A DNA stretch of 64,000 nt from an uncultured bacterium (GTDB lineage Bacteria; Krumholzibacteriota; Krumholzibacteriia; LZORAL124-64-63). Each line of letters starts with the position of its first letter. The first letter of the stretch is position 1. Under the pieces are notes generated by a model. It saw only the letters and a program-made list of their open reading frames with translations, searched no databases and had not been told where the DNA came from. Below, piece by piece: positions 8,548 through 18,674 of this stretch. The stretch is taken from the NCBI GenBank assembly GCA_963727525.1, contig CAVSGO010000007.1, positions 2,208,001-2,272,000 of the forward strand. The letters are read 5' to 3'. A program made the position numbers and the translations under genes.

Positions 8548-10290
8548 ATGTCATCCCGGAGTTTCGGACACCGGCTGCTCCAGTCGGTGCTGCTCAGCCT
8601 GATCACGCTGGCGATCGTGGTGCTAGTCGTGGCCGGTGGCGCCGCCCTGGCGTTCAACCGGAAACCGCCCATCGAGAAGGGATCGTGGCTCGTGATCGAC
8701 CTCTACGGCACGGTCCACGAGTACGCGCCGCCCAGCGGCGTGTTGGGTTCCGTCCTGGGCGATGACGCCCTGGTCCTGCAGGATATCGTCGACGGCCTGC
8801 ACAAGGCCGCCCGCGACGACCGCATCGCCGGCGTCCTCTGGAAGCTCTCGGCCAGCAACAGCGCGGGCCTCGCCAAGCTCGAGGAGATGCGCGCCGCCAC
8901 CGCCGACGTGCGCGCCGCCGGCAAGCCGGTGATCGCCTGGGGCGACAACCTCGACCTGCGCACGCTCTACCTGGCGTCGGCCTGCGAGAAGGTGGTGATG
9001 CCGCCGGCGGGCTACTGCGAGTTCAAGGGCCTGGCCACGCAGGCGCAGTTCTTCCGCGCGATGCTCGACAAGCTGGGCGTGGTGCCTCACATCAGCAAGA
9101 TCCGCGAGTACAAGGCCGCGGCCGAGATGGTGATGGACACGCGGATGAGCGACGCCGCGCGGGCCAACCGCGCCTGGATGCTCGAGGAGTACTGGAACGA
9201 GATCATCCCCACGCTTGCACGCGAGCGCGCCATCGAGCCGGACAGCGTCACCGCGCTGATGACGCATGCGGAGTTTCTCCCCACCGAGGCCCGTGCCGCC
9301 CATCTCATCGACGACGTGAGCTACTGGCAGGAGCTGACACGCAGCCTGGCGAAGGACGACGACGAACTGCCCACCGTCTCGCAGGCGCGGTACCGCGCGG
9401 TGCCCTGGAAGACCGTGGGCGTGAAAGGTAAGGACACGATCGCGGTGATCCATGCGCAGGGCATGATCGGCGGACGCGAAAACCGCGTCGATCCCATGTT
9501 CGGCGTCATGATGGGACACGAGACCATCGTCAGCGCTCTGCATCGCGCGCGCAAGGACGACAAGGTGAAGGCCGTCGTTTTCCGCATCGACAGCGGCGGT
9601 GGCGAGAGCCTGGCCAGCGACCTCATCAGCCACGAGGTGGAGTTGACGGCGAAGGTGAAACCGGTGGTGGTGTCCATGGTCGACGTCGCCGCGTCGGGGG
9701 GCTACATGATCGCCTACAAGGCGACGAGGCTCATGGCCGACCCCATGTCGGTGACGGGCTCGATCGGTTCGATCTCCGGATTCTTCAATGCGCGCGGCCT
9801 CTACGACAAGCTCGGCATCACCAAGGACACCGTCGCACTGGGTCCCATGGCCGAGCTGGGCACCGACTACCGCGATCCCACAGCCGCCGAGTGGGCCCGC
9901 TTCACCGACAACCACGAGCGCGACTTCGACGCCTGGCTGCGCCAGGTGGCCGAGTATCGCAAGCTGCCGTACCCGCGCGCGCAGGAACTGGCGTATGGCC
10001 GCGTCTTCAGCGGTCGTCAGGCCATGGCCAACGGACTCGTGGACACCACCGGCTCGTTCTCCGACGCGGTGGCGCTGGCAGCCGGATTGGCGCGGCTACC
10101 GGCGGACAGGACGCCAAAGGTGGTGCACTTGCCGGAGCGCAAGTCGTTGCTTCAGAGTATTTTCAGCAAGGAAAAGCCCGACGCTCCCGTGGCCGCCCTT
10201 GTGCGCTGGGCCATCTACGACGTACTGCGTCAGGATGTGCGCGGCAGCGTCGCAGCGCTGGCCACGACGCCCGCGGTCGTGCATCCCTAG
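8548..10290 (+). CDS. sppA: signal peptide peptidase SppA (S49, tandem-domain type)
   Basis: N-terminal TM, two S49 domains, YKAAAE (Lys), RIDSGGG, VAASGGY (Ser), TGSIG, GRVFSG. Confidence 0.9.
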   Translation: MSSRSFGHRLLQSVLLSLITLAIVVLVVAGGAALAFNRKPPIEKGSWLVIDLYGTVHEYAPPSGVLGSVLGDDALVLQDIVDGLHKAARDDRIAGVLWKLSASNSAGLAKLEEMRAATADVRAAGKPVIAWGDNLDLRTLYLASACEKVVMPPAGYCEFKGLATQAQFFRAMLDKLGVVPHISKIREYKAAAEMVMDTRMSDAARANRAWMLEEYWNEIIPTLARERAIEPDSVTALMTHAEFLPTEARAAHLIDDVSYWQELTRSLAKDDDELPTVSQARYRAVPWKTVGVKGKDTIAVIHAQGMIGGRENRVDPMFGVMMGHETIVSALHRARKDDKVKAVVFRIDSGGGESLASDLISHEVELTAKVKPVVVSMVDVAASGGYMIAYKATRLMADPMSVTGSIGSISGFFNARGLYDKLGITKDTVALGPMAELGTDYRDPTAAEWARFTDNHERDFDAWLRQVAEYRKLPYPRAQELAYGRVFSGRQAMANGLVDTTGSFSDAVALAAGLARLPADRTPKVVHLPERKSLLQSIFSKEKPDAPVAALVRWAIYDVLRQDVRGSVAALATTPAVVHP

Positions 10291-10427
10291 CCGCATCGCG
10301 CGGACCCTGGCCGCAACCGCGCGGCCAGGGTCCTGATCTTATCCCATCGAAATTATCGAGATTCCCACCCGCCGAGTCTGTATAGTGGACGCGTACCTCG
10401 CCCACCCGGCCCGAACGAGGGAGGAAC

Positions 10428-12368
10428 ATGCCCATGCGCTACCGGGACGTCCATCTCCTTTCCGTCGACAATCCACGCTACTTCTGGCGCCAGAAGATGT
10501 CCCTGATCGACTGGTACGAGGAACCCGAGAAGGTTCTCCACGAGGACGGCGACGAGATCTACCACTGGTATCGCGGTGGCAAACTCAACACCTCGTACCT
10601 CGCCCTCGACTACCACGTCGATCACGGCCGCGCCGACCAGGTGGCGCTCTATTACGACTCCCCCGCGACCGGCGGCACCCGAAAGCGTTTCACGTTCCGC
10701 GAGCTGCGCGACGTCGTCGCTCGTTTCGCGGGCGTGCTGCAGGGGCTGGGCGTGACCAAGGGCGACCGCGTCATCATCTACATGCCGATGGTGCCCGAGG
10801 CGGTGATCGCCATGCTCGCCTGCGCGCGCCTCGGGGCGATCCACTCCGTGGTGTTCGGCGGCTTCGCGCCCCACGAGCTGGCCATCCGCATCGACGACGC
10901 GCAGCCGAAGGTCCTGGTGACGGCGAGCTGCGGCATCGAGTTCAAGAACGTCATCCCGTACAAACCGCTCGTCGACGCGGCGATCAAGCGCGCCAAGCAT
11001 CCGCCGGCCGCCACCGTCGTGTTGCAGCGTCCTCAGGCCGAGGCCGCGATGACCGACGGGCGCGATCACGACTGGGAGACGCTGATGTCCGCCGCCACGC
11101 CCGTCGACCCGGTCATCGTGGACGCATGCGATCCCCTCTACATCCTCTACACCTCCGGCACTACGGGCAAACCGAAGGGCGTGGTGCGGGACAACGGCGG
11201 CCATGCCGTCGCGCTGAAATACAGCATGAAGACGGTGTACAACGTCAACCCGGGCGAGGTGTTCTGGGCGGCGTCGGACGTGGGCTGGGTCGTGGGCCAT
11301 TCCTACATCGTGTACGGTCCGCTGATCCATGGTTGCTCCACGGTGCTCTACGAGGGCAAGCCCGTGCGCACGCCCGACGCCGGATCGTTCTGGCGCGTGA
11401 TCCAGGACTACGGCGTGAGCGCGTTCTTCACCGCACCCACCGCCTTCCGCGCCATCCGCAAGGAGGATCCCGACGCGCACCTCAAGCGCCTCTACGACAT
11501 CTCCACGCTGCGTACGCTCTTCCTCGCGGGCGAGCGCCTCGACCCGCCCACCTACGCCTGGCTGTCGCAGGTGCTCGACGTGCCCATCGTCGACCACTGG
11601 TGGCAGACGGAGACCGGCTGGCCAATCGTCGCCAATCCCATGGGCCTGGAACCGCACCGCGTGAAGTCGGGCTCGGCCACCTTCCCGGTGCCGGGTTTCA
11701 AGGTGGAAGTACTGGACGACGAGGGCGCACCCCTGCCTGCGGGCAAGACCGGCAACCTCGTGTTGCGACTGCCGCTGCCGCCCGGTTGCCTGCCCACGCT
11801 GTGGGAGGATCCCGACAACTACCGCCGGTCCTACATCTCGACCTTCGAGGGCTATTACAGCACCGCCGACGGCGGCTACATCGACGACGACGGCTACGTG
11901 TACGTCATGGGCCGCACCGACGACGTCATCAACGTGGCGGGGCACCGCCTGTCGACCGGCCAGATGGAGGAGCTGATCGGCAGCCACCCGGCCGTCGCCG
12001 AGTGCGCGGTGGTGGGCGTCGACGACGAGATCAAGGGCCAGCAACCGATCGGGCTCGTGGTGCTCAAGGACGGCGTCGACGCCGAACCGCATACCCTCGA
12101 GGCGGAGCTCGTGGCCCTCATCCGACGCGATATCGGCGCCGTGGCCACGTTCAAGAAGGCCATCGTCGTGGCGCGGCTCCCGAAGACGCGCTCGGGCAAG
12201 ATCCTGCGCCAGATGATCCGGCGCCTTGCATGGCAGGAGCAGATCGTCACACCCTCGACCATCGACGACCCGGCCATCATGGCGGAGATCCGCACCGCCC
12301 TGCGCAACCACCGCGTGGGCCAGTATGCGAACCTGCCGGTGGCCGACGAGGACGTGGAGACGCTGTAG
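10428..12368 (+). CDS. prpE: propionyl-CoA synthetase / acyl-CoA synthetase (PrpE/AcsA-like)
   Basis: YTSGTTGKPKGVVRDNGGH, ASDVGWVVGHSY, DHWWQTETG, GRTDDVINVAGHRLST, LPKTRSGKILR. Confidence 0.88.
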   Translation: MPMRYRDVHLLSVDNPRYFWRQKMSLIDWYEEPEKVLHEDGDEIYHWYRGGKLNTSYLALDYHVDHGRADQVALYYDSPATGGTRKRFTFRELRDVVARFAGVLQGLGVTKGDRVIIYMPMVPEAVIAMLACARLGAIHSVVFGGFAPHELAIRIDDAQPKVLVTASCGIEFKNVIPYKPLVDAAIKRAKHPPAATVVLQRPQAEAAMTDGRDHDWETLMSAATPVDPVIVDACDPLYILYTSGTTGKPKGVVRDNGGHAVALKYSMKTVYNVNPGEVFWAASDVGWVVGHSYIVYGPLIHGCSTVLYEGKPVRTPDAGSFWRVIQDYGVSAFFTAPTAFRAIRKEDPDAHLKRLYDISTLRTLFLAGERLDPPTYAWLSQVLDVPIVDHWWQTETGWPIVANPMGLEPHRVKSGSATFPVPGFKVEVLDDEGAPLPAGKTGNLVLRLPLPPGCLPTLWEDPDNYRRSYISTFEGYYSTADGGYIDDDGYVYVMGRTDDVINVAGHRLSTGQMEELIGSHPAVAECAVVGVDDEIKGQQPIGLVVLKDGVDAEPHTLEAELVALIRRDIGAVATFKKAIVVARLPKTRSGKILRQMIRRLAWQEQIVTPSTIDDPAIMAEIRTALRNHRVGQYANLPVADEDVETL

Positions 12369-14327
12369 CTATTTCAGGAGAACGACCATGCGGCTCGCCG
12401 TGACCCCTCCCGCGGCGAGCCGCACCACGTAGGTGCCCGAGGCCACGGTCCGGCCAGAAGCATCGCCACCATCCCACACCGCGACGTGCGTTCCCGCGGC
12501 CAGCCATCCCGCCACCAGCGTGCGCACGCGCCGCCCATCGAGGGCGTACACCACGAGCGTGGCCCGACTTGCCGCGGGTAGCGTGAAAGCCAGAGTGGTG
12601 CGCGGGTTGAAGGGGTTCGGCGCCGGCCGTGCCAGCCGCAGCGTCGCGGGCAAGGCGGGCATACCCGTGATGTCGCGCTGCACCTGCACCGGGCTCACCG
12701 CGTGGTGGATCGTCAGAACGGAGCGCAGGGGCTCGTAGTAGTAGCCGAACCCGGGATCATCGGGGCTCGCGAGCGGCGGCAACACCTCGCCGCCGGCCAG
12801 GACCACGCGCAGCGGATCGGCCGTGCGCACGACCTCCCGACCCGCGCCATCGCCGGCGGTGGCATACGCCACCGCCCATCCGTCCTGCCCATACGCGATG
12901 GCCGTGAGCGCACGGTCGGCGCTCAGCACGTGCGTCTCGCCGTTCGGCGCCAGCGTAGGATCGAGAGCCATGATCTGTAGCAGATACTTCACAGTATTGA
13001 AGTTCTGCTCGTACCACGATTCGAACGACCCGACGATGAGATCGCGGATCGATGTGTTCATGCGACCGTCGGCCGCGATGCCGGTGGTGTCCTGCCCGTA
13101 GGTGCACACGTCGACCATGGCGAGGGCGCGGTCGCGCCAGGCGTCGTCCTGGCGGGGATCCCCGTCCAGTGCTTGCCAGAGCCGCAAGGCCGTGCGCGCG
13201 TACTGCAGGGTGGCGGCGAAGGTCGGAAAGGGCCAGCCCGTCCACTCCCGCGTGTTCGGCACGTAAGGCGCATATGCCGACTGTGGCCCATCCTCGAGGT
13301 AGCGCGCGGTGACCGTGTCGAGGATCGTGATCGCCAGATCCTGCCACCCACCGGGCCGACGCGCGATCAGCTCGACGATCATCTCGTGGGCCGAGTAGTG
13401 GTCGCCCTTGCCGGTCTGCTGCTCCGGCGCCTGATCCTCGTAGAACCCTTCCCACCGCTGGTAACTTGGCGACGCGGGATCGCACGGGTTGTGCAGGAGC
13501 CATTGCCAGGCGCGGTCGCGCGCGTCGGCGTAGGTGGTGTCGCCGGTGCGCTGGGCCAGCGCATCGAAGAGCCGCACGGCCGGCATCAGGTGACTGGTGT
13601 AGTCCTGGGTGACGGCGCCGTCGCTCGGCACCACGCGAAACGGCCAGCGTCCGTCCTCCCCCACGTCCCCGGTGCGCTGGGTCGCCGCGAGCACGTCGGC
13701 GATCTGCACCGCGCCCTGCCAGTACGCCGCGTCGCCGGTGATGTCGTACAGACGCAGCAGGCGCACCGCGATCATCGCCGGCTTGTCGGTCATGATCGCC
13801 GGCCCGTCCCAGCCGCCCCCCATCACGCCATCGGTCTGCGTGCTGTAAGGCAGGTTGCCATAGAGATTGCCGGCGGGCGTGCGATGCTCGAGGATCCAGT
13901 CGGCGTAGGCGCGGGCACGGGCGAGCCACTGGGGATCACCATCGTAGAGGCGCAGCGCGAGGAACGCGTCGATCGCCACGGATGCGGTGAAGCCCGGATA
14001 GCTCACCGAGCAGTAGCCGGGATAGCCGCCGCCGCAGGTCCATAGCGTGTTGTCGTCCCGGATCGCGTAATGATAGAAGTACGGGGGCACCGGATATCCG
14101 TCGGGATCGTCGTCGTTGGTGCGAATGCCGCCCTCGCCCACGTCCGAGCGCAGGAAGTTCGCGACCTCGCCCACGATCTGCCCTGGCGGTTTGAGCGGCC
14201 CGTCCACCGCCCAGGCCGGCACCACGGCGAGCCCGAGGACGAGCACGGCCACCAGAGCCGCGCAGCGTTCGAGACACGGGGATGCATGCCGTCGTCGCCA
14301 TTTCATGATGACCAGATGATACCACAC
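12369..14327 (-). CDS. secreted putative (alpha/alpha)6-barrel protein with C-terminal FlgD-Ig/T9SS-like domain
   Basis: Signal peptide (start uncertain, may be MKWRRR). Helical repeats LYDGDPQWLARARAYAD, LYDITGDAAYWQGAVQIAD and TGDTTYADARDRAWQWLL. Ends APNPFNP...WDGGD...ASGTYVVRL...VVLLK*. Confidence 0.8.
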   Translation of the reverse strand: MWYHLVIMKWRRRHASPCLERCAALVAVLVLGLAVVPAWAVDGPLKPPGQIVGEVANFLRSDVGEGGIRTNDDDPDGYPVPPYFYHYAIRDDNTLWTCGGGYPGYCSVSYPGFTASVAIDAFLALRLYDGDPQWLARARAYADWILEHRTPAGNLYGNLPYSTQTDGVMGGGWDGPAIMTDKPAMIAVRLLRLYDITGDAAYWQGAVQIADVLAATQRTGDVGEDGRWPFRVVPSDGAVTQDYTSHLMPAVRLFDALAQRTGDTTYADARDRAWQWLLHNPCDPASPSYQRWEGFYEDQAPEQQTGKGDHYSAHEMIVELIARRPGGWQDLAITILDTVTARYLEDGPQSAYAPYVPNTREWTGWPFPTFAATLQYARTALRLWQALDGDPRQDDAWRDRALAMVDVCTYGQDTTGIAADGRMNTSIRDLIVGSFESWYEQNFNTVKYLLQIMALDPTLAPNGETHVLSADRALTAIAYGQDGWAVAYATAGDGAGREVVRTADPLRVVLAGGEVLPPLASPDDPGFGYYYEPLRSVLTIHHAVSPVQVQRDITGMPALPATLRLARPAPNPFNPRTTLAFTLPAASRATLVVYALDGRRVRTLVAGWLAAGTHVAVWDGGDASGRTVASGTYVVRLAAGGVTASRMVVLLK

Positions 14328-14440
14328 CGGATCCTGTCATGGGCGGGCTGGTCAAGCCTTGGGTTCTGGGGTATGCTCGGTGGTTGGTGCGGGGGGCGGC
14401 GTTCAGAATCGCCAACCATCTGCCATTGCGTCCCTTAACT

Positions 14441-14584
14441 CGTGCCTCGAAGATTGTTGATGCCGCCTGACTGTCCAGGAAGTGATCGATTTCGAATACT
14501 GCGGAGTCGAAAATCATGTCGACAGCTCAAAAAACTAGCGACTCGGGTCGCCGGAACCGGGCCATCAACATTCTTCGAGGCACG
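14441..14584. mobile_element. 144-bp MITE-like element with 22-bp terminal inverted repeats
   Basis: Left TIR 14441-14462 CGTGCCTCGAAGATTGTTGATG and right TIR 14563-14584 CATCAACATTCTTCGAGGCACG match at 21/22. The interior is more AT-rich than the flanks. No transposase and no clean TSD. Confidence 0.6.
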
Positions 14585-16144
14585 TCTTTGGTGATTGCAG
14601 GGTGGGTTGGGGTCACGATTGCCCTCGCGGCCCACATGTACACGATCGACGGCCTCTACTACCTGGGCGACCTGCGGCGGGCCGACTGGGCTGAACTCCT
14701 GCATCCCCACCATCTGCTCATGGAGGCGTCGTATTTCGGGTGGGTGCGGCTGTGGCCCGGCTCCGACATCGTCGCGTTGCAGGTTCTCACCACATTGCTC
14801 ACCGCCGGCGGGCTCGTCATCTTCGCACGCACGGTTCGCCGGGTGATCGCATGCGAGTCGCTCGTCGTCCTGGCCGTGGTCTGGCTCGCCACCACGAACG
14901 TGGTCTGGGTGCAGGCCACGCAGCCGGATGCGGGCCCCTGGTTCTGGTTCTTCTGCGCCGTGAACCTGGCCTGGGCCGTGCGTCTGGCCGCGGGTGTGGC
15001 GGAGACCCGTACGGTCGGGTACCTGATCGTCACCACGGCTCTCGGCATCCTCTTCCACCAGTCCCTCGCCCTTGCGGCCCCCGTCCTGGCGGCGATCCTG
15101 GCCGTCCACGCACCACGGGGCCGCCGACTCGCCATGGCGGCCACGATGCTGGTGGGGACAGGGGCACTGGTGCTGGCCGTGTACGGACTCGCTGGCTTCG
15201 TGAGTACCGGGAGCCTCGCCCCCGCGGTGCTCTGGCAGTGGGCCACTGGCTACCGGGAGGAATTCGCGAATCGCTGCGGGCAGTTGCGGTTGATGGTCTC
15301 GTCCGAGGTGCCGCGGGGGCTAGGGACGGCCCTGCTCGGGGCCGAGCCGCTGAAGCCATACATGTACGGTGGCCGCGGCCTCGATGGGCACCTCGGCGCG
15401 GTGATGTTGCCCTTCGCGGCGGTGGGAGGCGTGCTCCTGGCCGGTGGCGCCGGCCTGCTCGCACGATGGCGCGAGGCAACGGCGCTCACGCGGCGTCAGC
15501 TCGTCGCCGTGATCGCCCTCGGACTGGCGGCGGCGCTCTTTGCCGCCTGGTGGGACCCCGCGCAGCGGAAGTTCTGGACGCCCGTGGTCCCCGCGCTGGT
15601 GCTCGTCGCGCTGTGGGGCTGGGATCGCGCCCTGTGTTCGCGGCTCGGCTCGCGGCTCGCCGTCGGTGTTGTGGCCAGCGTCGTGCTCGTGTCGCTAGGC
15701 TGGAACCTCGCGAACACGATCCTGCCTCGCCATGGCTTCCATGATGCCACGCAACCCCTCGTGGCGTTCCTGCAAGCGTCGGTCGGCGCGGGAGACACGG
15801 TGATCCTGCGGGAGGACCGCGTGTGGCAATGCGCCACTTATTTCGCGCCCGACGCGCCGGTGTACGGGATCCCCGGTGCCCTTTCCGACCGGCTCGACCC
15901 GCAAGAATCGGTGTGGTATGACGCCGTTGCCGCCGCATCCGTGAGCCTCGCCGGGGACCACCACGTCTGGGTGGCGGACAGCCAGCTAGCGCGGTTACGC
16001 CGGGCGCTCGAGCCCCGGTTCGGCAACCTGGCCACGCGAGCCGTCCTCACGTACCGCGACGAGGACCTCGGACCGGTGGCGCCGCTGCAGACCTGCTATG
16101 CGGTGACACTCGCGAACGGGTTAACTGGTGGCGCGGCACACTAA
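14516..16144 (+). CDS. multi-pass membrane protein, GT-C-like glycosyltransferase candidate
   Basis: About 11-12 hydrophobic segments, YTIDGLYY...HPHHLL loop and a periplasmic C-terminal domain. The ATG lies inside the MITE-like element. Confidence 0.7.
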   Translation: MSTAQKTSDSGRRNRAINILRGTSLVIAGWVGVTIALAAHMYTIDGLYYLGDLRRADWAELLHPHHLLMEASYFGWVRLWPGSDIVALQVLTTLLTAGGLVIFARTVRRVIACESLVVLAVVWLATTNVVWVQATQPDAGPWFWFFCAVNLAWAVRLAAGVAETRTVGYLIVTTALGILFHQSLALAAPVLAAILAVHAPRGRRLAMAATMLVGTGALVLAVYGLAGFVSTGSLAPAVLWQWATGYREEFANRCGQLRLMVSSEVPRGLGTALLGAEPLKPYMYGGRGLDGHLGAVMLPFAAVGGVLLAGGAGLLARWREATALTRRQLVAVIALGLAAALFAAWWDPAQRKFWTPVVPALVLVALWGWDRALCSRLGSRLAVGVVASVVLVSLGWNLANTILPRHGFHDATQPLVAFLQASVGAGDTVILREDRVWQCATYFAPDAPVYGIPGALSDRLDPQESVWYDAVAAASVSLAGDHHVWVADSQLARLRRALEPRFGNLATRAVLTYRDEDLGPVAPLQTCYAVTLANGLTGGAAH

Positions 16145-16160
16145 TAAGAAATCTCTTTAC

Positions 16161-16187
16161 TCAAGATTGAACATCGGTGGTCGATCC
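16161..16187 (+). promoter_or_regulatory. sigma28 (FliA)-like promoter
   Basis: TCAA-15 nt-GTCGATCC upstream of the HDOD-GGDEF gene (consensus TAAA-N15-GCCGATAA). Confidence 0.45.
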
Positions 16188-16255
16188 CGGACCAAGCGTG
16201 GAGGGACCGCCAGGAGGGCGGGCGTCGAGATGCCGAGACAGCCACGGAGACCGTT

Positions 16256-18199
16256 GTGCAGCTTGCCGAGCAGTCCATCCTCACCTCTCTCAAGGCGTCC
16301 GGACGGCTGCCGTCGCCCACCGGGGTCGCCCTGCAGATCCTCGAACTCACGCGCGATCCGAATACGGGCACGGAAGACATGGCCGACGTGCTGCGGGGCG
16401 ACCCCGCGCTTGCCGGACAGCTGCTCAAATTCGCGAACAGTGCCGACGCCGGTTCGCGCACCGAGATCCGGTCGCTCAACGAGGCGCTCGTGCGTCTCGG
16501 CACGAGCACGGTGCGGCAACTCTGCCTGGGTTTCTCCGTCGTCTCGAATGCGCGGCAGGGGCCGTGCGTCGGATTCGACTACCAGCGCTACTGGACGCAC
16601 GCGCTCGCCCAGGCCGTGAGCTGCCAGGCGCTGGCACGGCGTATTCCGTCGATCAGCCCCGACGGGGCGTTCACCTGCGGGCTGCTCGCCAGCATCGGCA
16701 AGCTCGCGCTGGCCAGCGTCTATCCCGACGAGTTCGCCGCGATCCTCGAGGCCTGGAACGACGGCAGCGCCGCCGATCTCGTCCGCCAGGAACGCGTGCA
16801 GCTCTCGATTGATCACAACCAGGTCACGGCCGCGCTCTTCGAGGACTGGCGGTTGCCGGACCGTTACCGTCACGCCGTAAGCCACCAGGACGACGGCGAC
16901 CTCTTCGACGCACTCGGCCACGTCGGCAACCGCGATCGCGATGCCACGCTGACAGCCCTGCTCAGCGTGGCCGACCTCGCGGCGCGGATCTGCGTCGAAT
17001 CCGGGCCGCGCCGGCACCTGCTGGTGATGGACTTCGTGCTGATCGGCTGCAAGCTCGGTATACCGGAAGCGGCGTGGTCCACAATGTACGATGAGATCCT
17101 GGCCGAGTGGGCGCGCGTGGGGCGTGTGCTGGACATCGTGACCTCGCGGGTGTCGTCCCTCGACGAGCTGGTCCGGCGCGCCCGTGAGCATCGCACCCCT
17201 ATCCTCGAAGCTGCCCCGACGGAAGCCTCCGAGGCCGAGACCGACGCCCTCGACATCCTCGCGGTGGTTTACGACGAGGAGGAACTGGCGGCCCTGAGGG
17301 TGCAGCTCGCGACTGGTGGACACCGCGTCACCGTCGCGCGCGATGGTCGCCAGGCGCTGGAGTGTGCGCTGCAGCGACTACCGCAACTCGTGCTCACCGA
17401 CGTACACGTTCCCGGCCTGGACGGCCTCGAGCTGTGTCGGACGCTGCGCCGGTCGGAGCAGACACGCCGCACCTACGTCGTGGCCATGACGCGCCGGGAC
17501 GACGCCGACGAACAGATCACCGCCTTCGCTGCTGGTGTCAACGATACGGTGGCCAGGCCCATCGACCATCGCCTCCTCGCCGCGCGCCTGCGTGCAGCCG
17601 CCTTCGTGATCCGCCTGCAGGAGCAGGCCGATCGCGATCAGACCCAGCTCCAGCGCACGCTCGCCGAGTGGGGCAAGCTCACTCGCCGCCTCGAGCACAT
17701 GGCTCTGGAAGACCAGCTCACCGGCCTGCCCAACCGACGCAGCGGCCTGCAGCAGCTCGACAAGGAGTGGGCGCGTACGGGGCGCGAGGACACCGGCTTG
17801 ATGGTGATGATCGGGGATATCGACCACTTCAAGTGCGTCAATGACGAGCACGGTCACGACGCGGGCGATCTCGTGCTGCGCGAGACGGCGCACGTCCTGC
17901 AGCGGACCATGCGCAAGAGCGACACGGTGTGCCGCTTCGGCGGCGAGGAATTCCTGGTGATATGCCCCGGCGCCGATCTGGCCGTCGCCTTGGAACTCGG
18001 CGATCGCCTGCGCGCCGCGGTCGAACACAACCAGATCGACACGCCTGAATTCTGCAGCTCCGTGACCGTGTCCATCGGTGTCGCGGCGCGCGGTTCTCGC
18101 CATGCTTCGCCCAAGGACCTGATCCGCGAGGCGGATGAGGCACTGTACGCCGCCAAGGACGCCGGCCGCAACAAGGTGTGCATCACCGCCGACGAGTAG
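16256..18199 (+). CDS. diguanylate cyclase, HDOD-REC-GGDEF
   Basis: HDOD (LPSPTGVAL, DPALAGQLLKFANS, IDHNQV), REC (LVLTDVHVPGLDG), GGDEF domain with DIDHFK, I-site RKSD and intact GGEEF. GTG start after GGAG. Confidence 0.92.
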   Translation: MQLAEQSILTSLKASGRLPSPTGVALQILELTRDPNTGTEDMADVLRGDPALAGQLLKFANSADAGSRTEIRSLNEALVRLGTSTVRQLCLGFSVVSNARQGPCVGFDYQRYWTHALAQAVSCQALARRIPSISPDGAFTCGLLASIGKLALASVYPDEFAAILEAWNDGSAADLVRQERVQLSIDHNQVTAALFEDWRLPDRYRHAVSHQDDGDLFDALGHVGNRDRDATLTALLSVADLAARICVESGPRRHLLVMDFVLIGCKLGIPEAAWSTMYDEILAEWARVGRVLDIVTSRVSSLDELVRRAREHRTPILEAAPTEASEAETDALDILAVVYDEEELAALRVQLATGGHRVTVARDGRQALECALQRLPQLVLTDVHVPGLDGLELCRTLRRSEQTRRTYVVAMTRRDDADEQITAFAAGVNDTVARPIDHRLLAARLRAAAFVIRLQEQADRDQTQLQRTLAEWGKLTRRLEHMALEDQLTGLPNRRSGLQQLDKEWARTGREDTGLMVMIGDIDHFKCVNDEHGHDAGDLVLRETAHVLQRTMRKSDTVCRFGGEEFLVICPGADLAVALELGDRLRAAVEHNQIDTPEFCSSVTVSIGVAARGSRHASPKDLIREADEALYAAKDAGRNKVCITADE

Positions 18200-18200
18200 G

Positions 18201-18674
18201 TCAGTACTCCACGCGATCGCCGCGGGCCGACCAGGCCGCGAACGGACGGGCGCGATCCGGATGCGCGAGAGCCACGGTCGGCAGGTCTCGTTCCGTGGGC
18301 GGGCGGGGAATCTCGTCGTAGATGTGCGCGTCGTCGAAGCCGGCAGCCGCCGCGTCCTCGCGCGTACCGGCGTAGGTCAGCCGGTCCAGCCGCGCCCAGT
18401 AGATCGCCCCCAGGCACATCGGACAGGGTTCGCAGCTCGCGTAGATCTCGCCGCCGGAAAGGTCGAAAGTGCCGAGGACCCGACACGCCTCGCGGATGGC
18501 GCTCACCTCCGCGTGGGCCGTGGGATCGCCGAGCACCGTCACGCCGTTCACGCCACGCGCGATCACCGCGCCGTCCTTCACGATCACGGCGCCGAACGGA
18601 CCGCCGCCCGCCGCCACGTTCGCCTCGGCGAGCCTCAGCGCCTCGGCCATGAACGCCTGGGGATCGCTGGTCAC
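18201..18674 (-). CDS. guaD: nucleoside deaminase, guanine deaminase (CDA-fold)
   Basis: GGPFGAVIV, DPTAHAEVSAIR, SCEPCPMCLGAIYWARL, AGFDD. Confidence 0.88.
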   Translation of the reverse strand: MTSDPQAFMAEALRLAEANVAAGGGPFGAVIVKDGAVIARGVNGVTVLGDPTAHAEVSAIREACRVLGTFDLSGGEIYASCEPCPMCLGAIYWARLDRLTYAGTREDAAAAGFDDAHIYDEIPRPPTERDLPTVALAHPDRARPFAAWSARGDRVEY

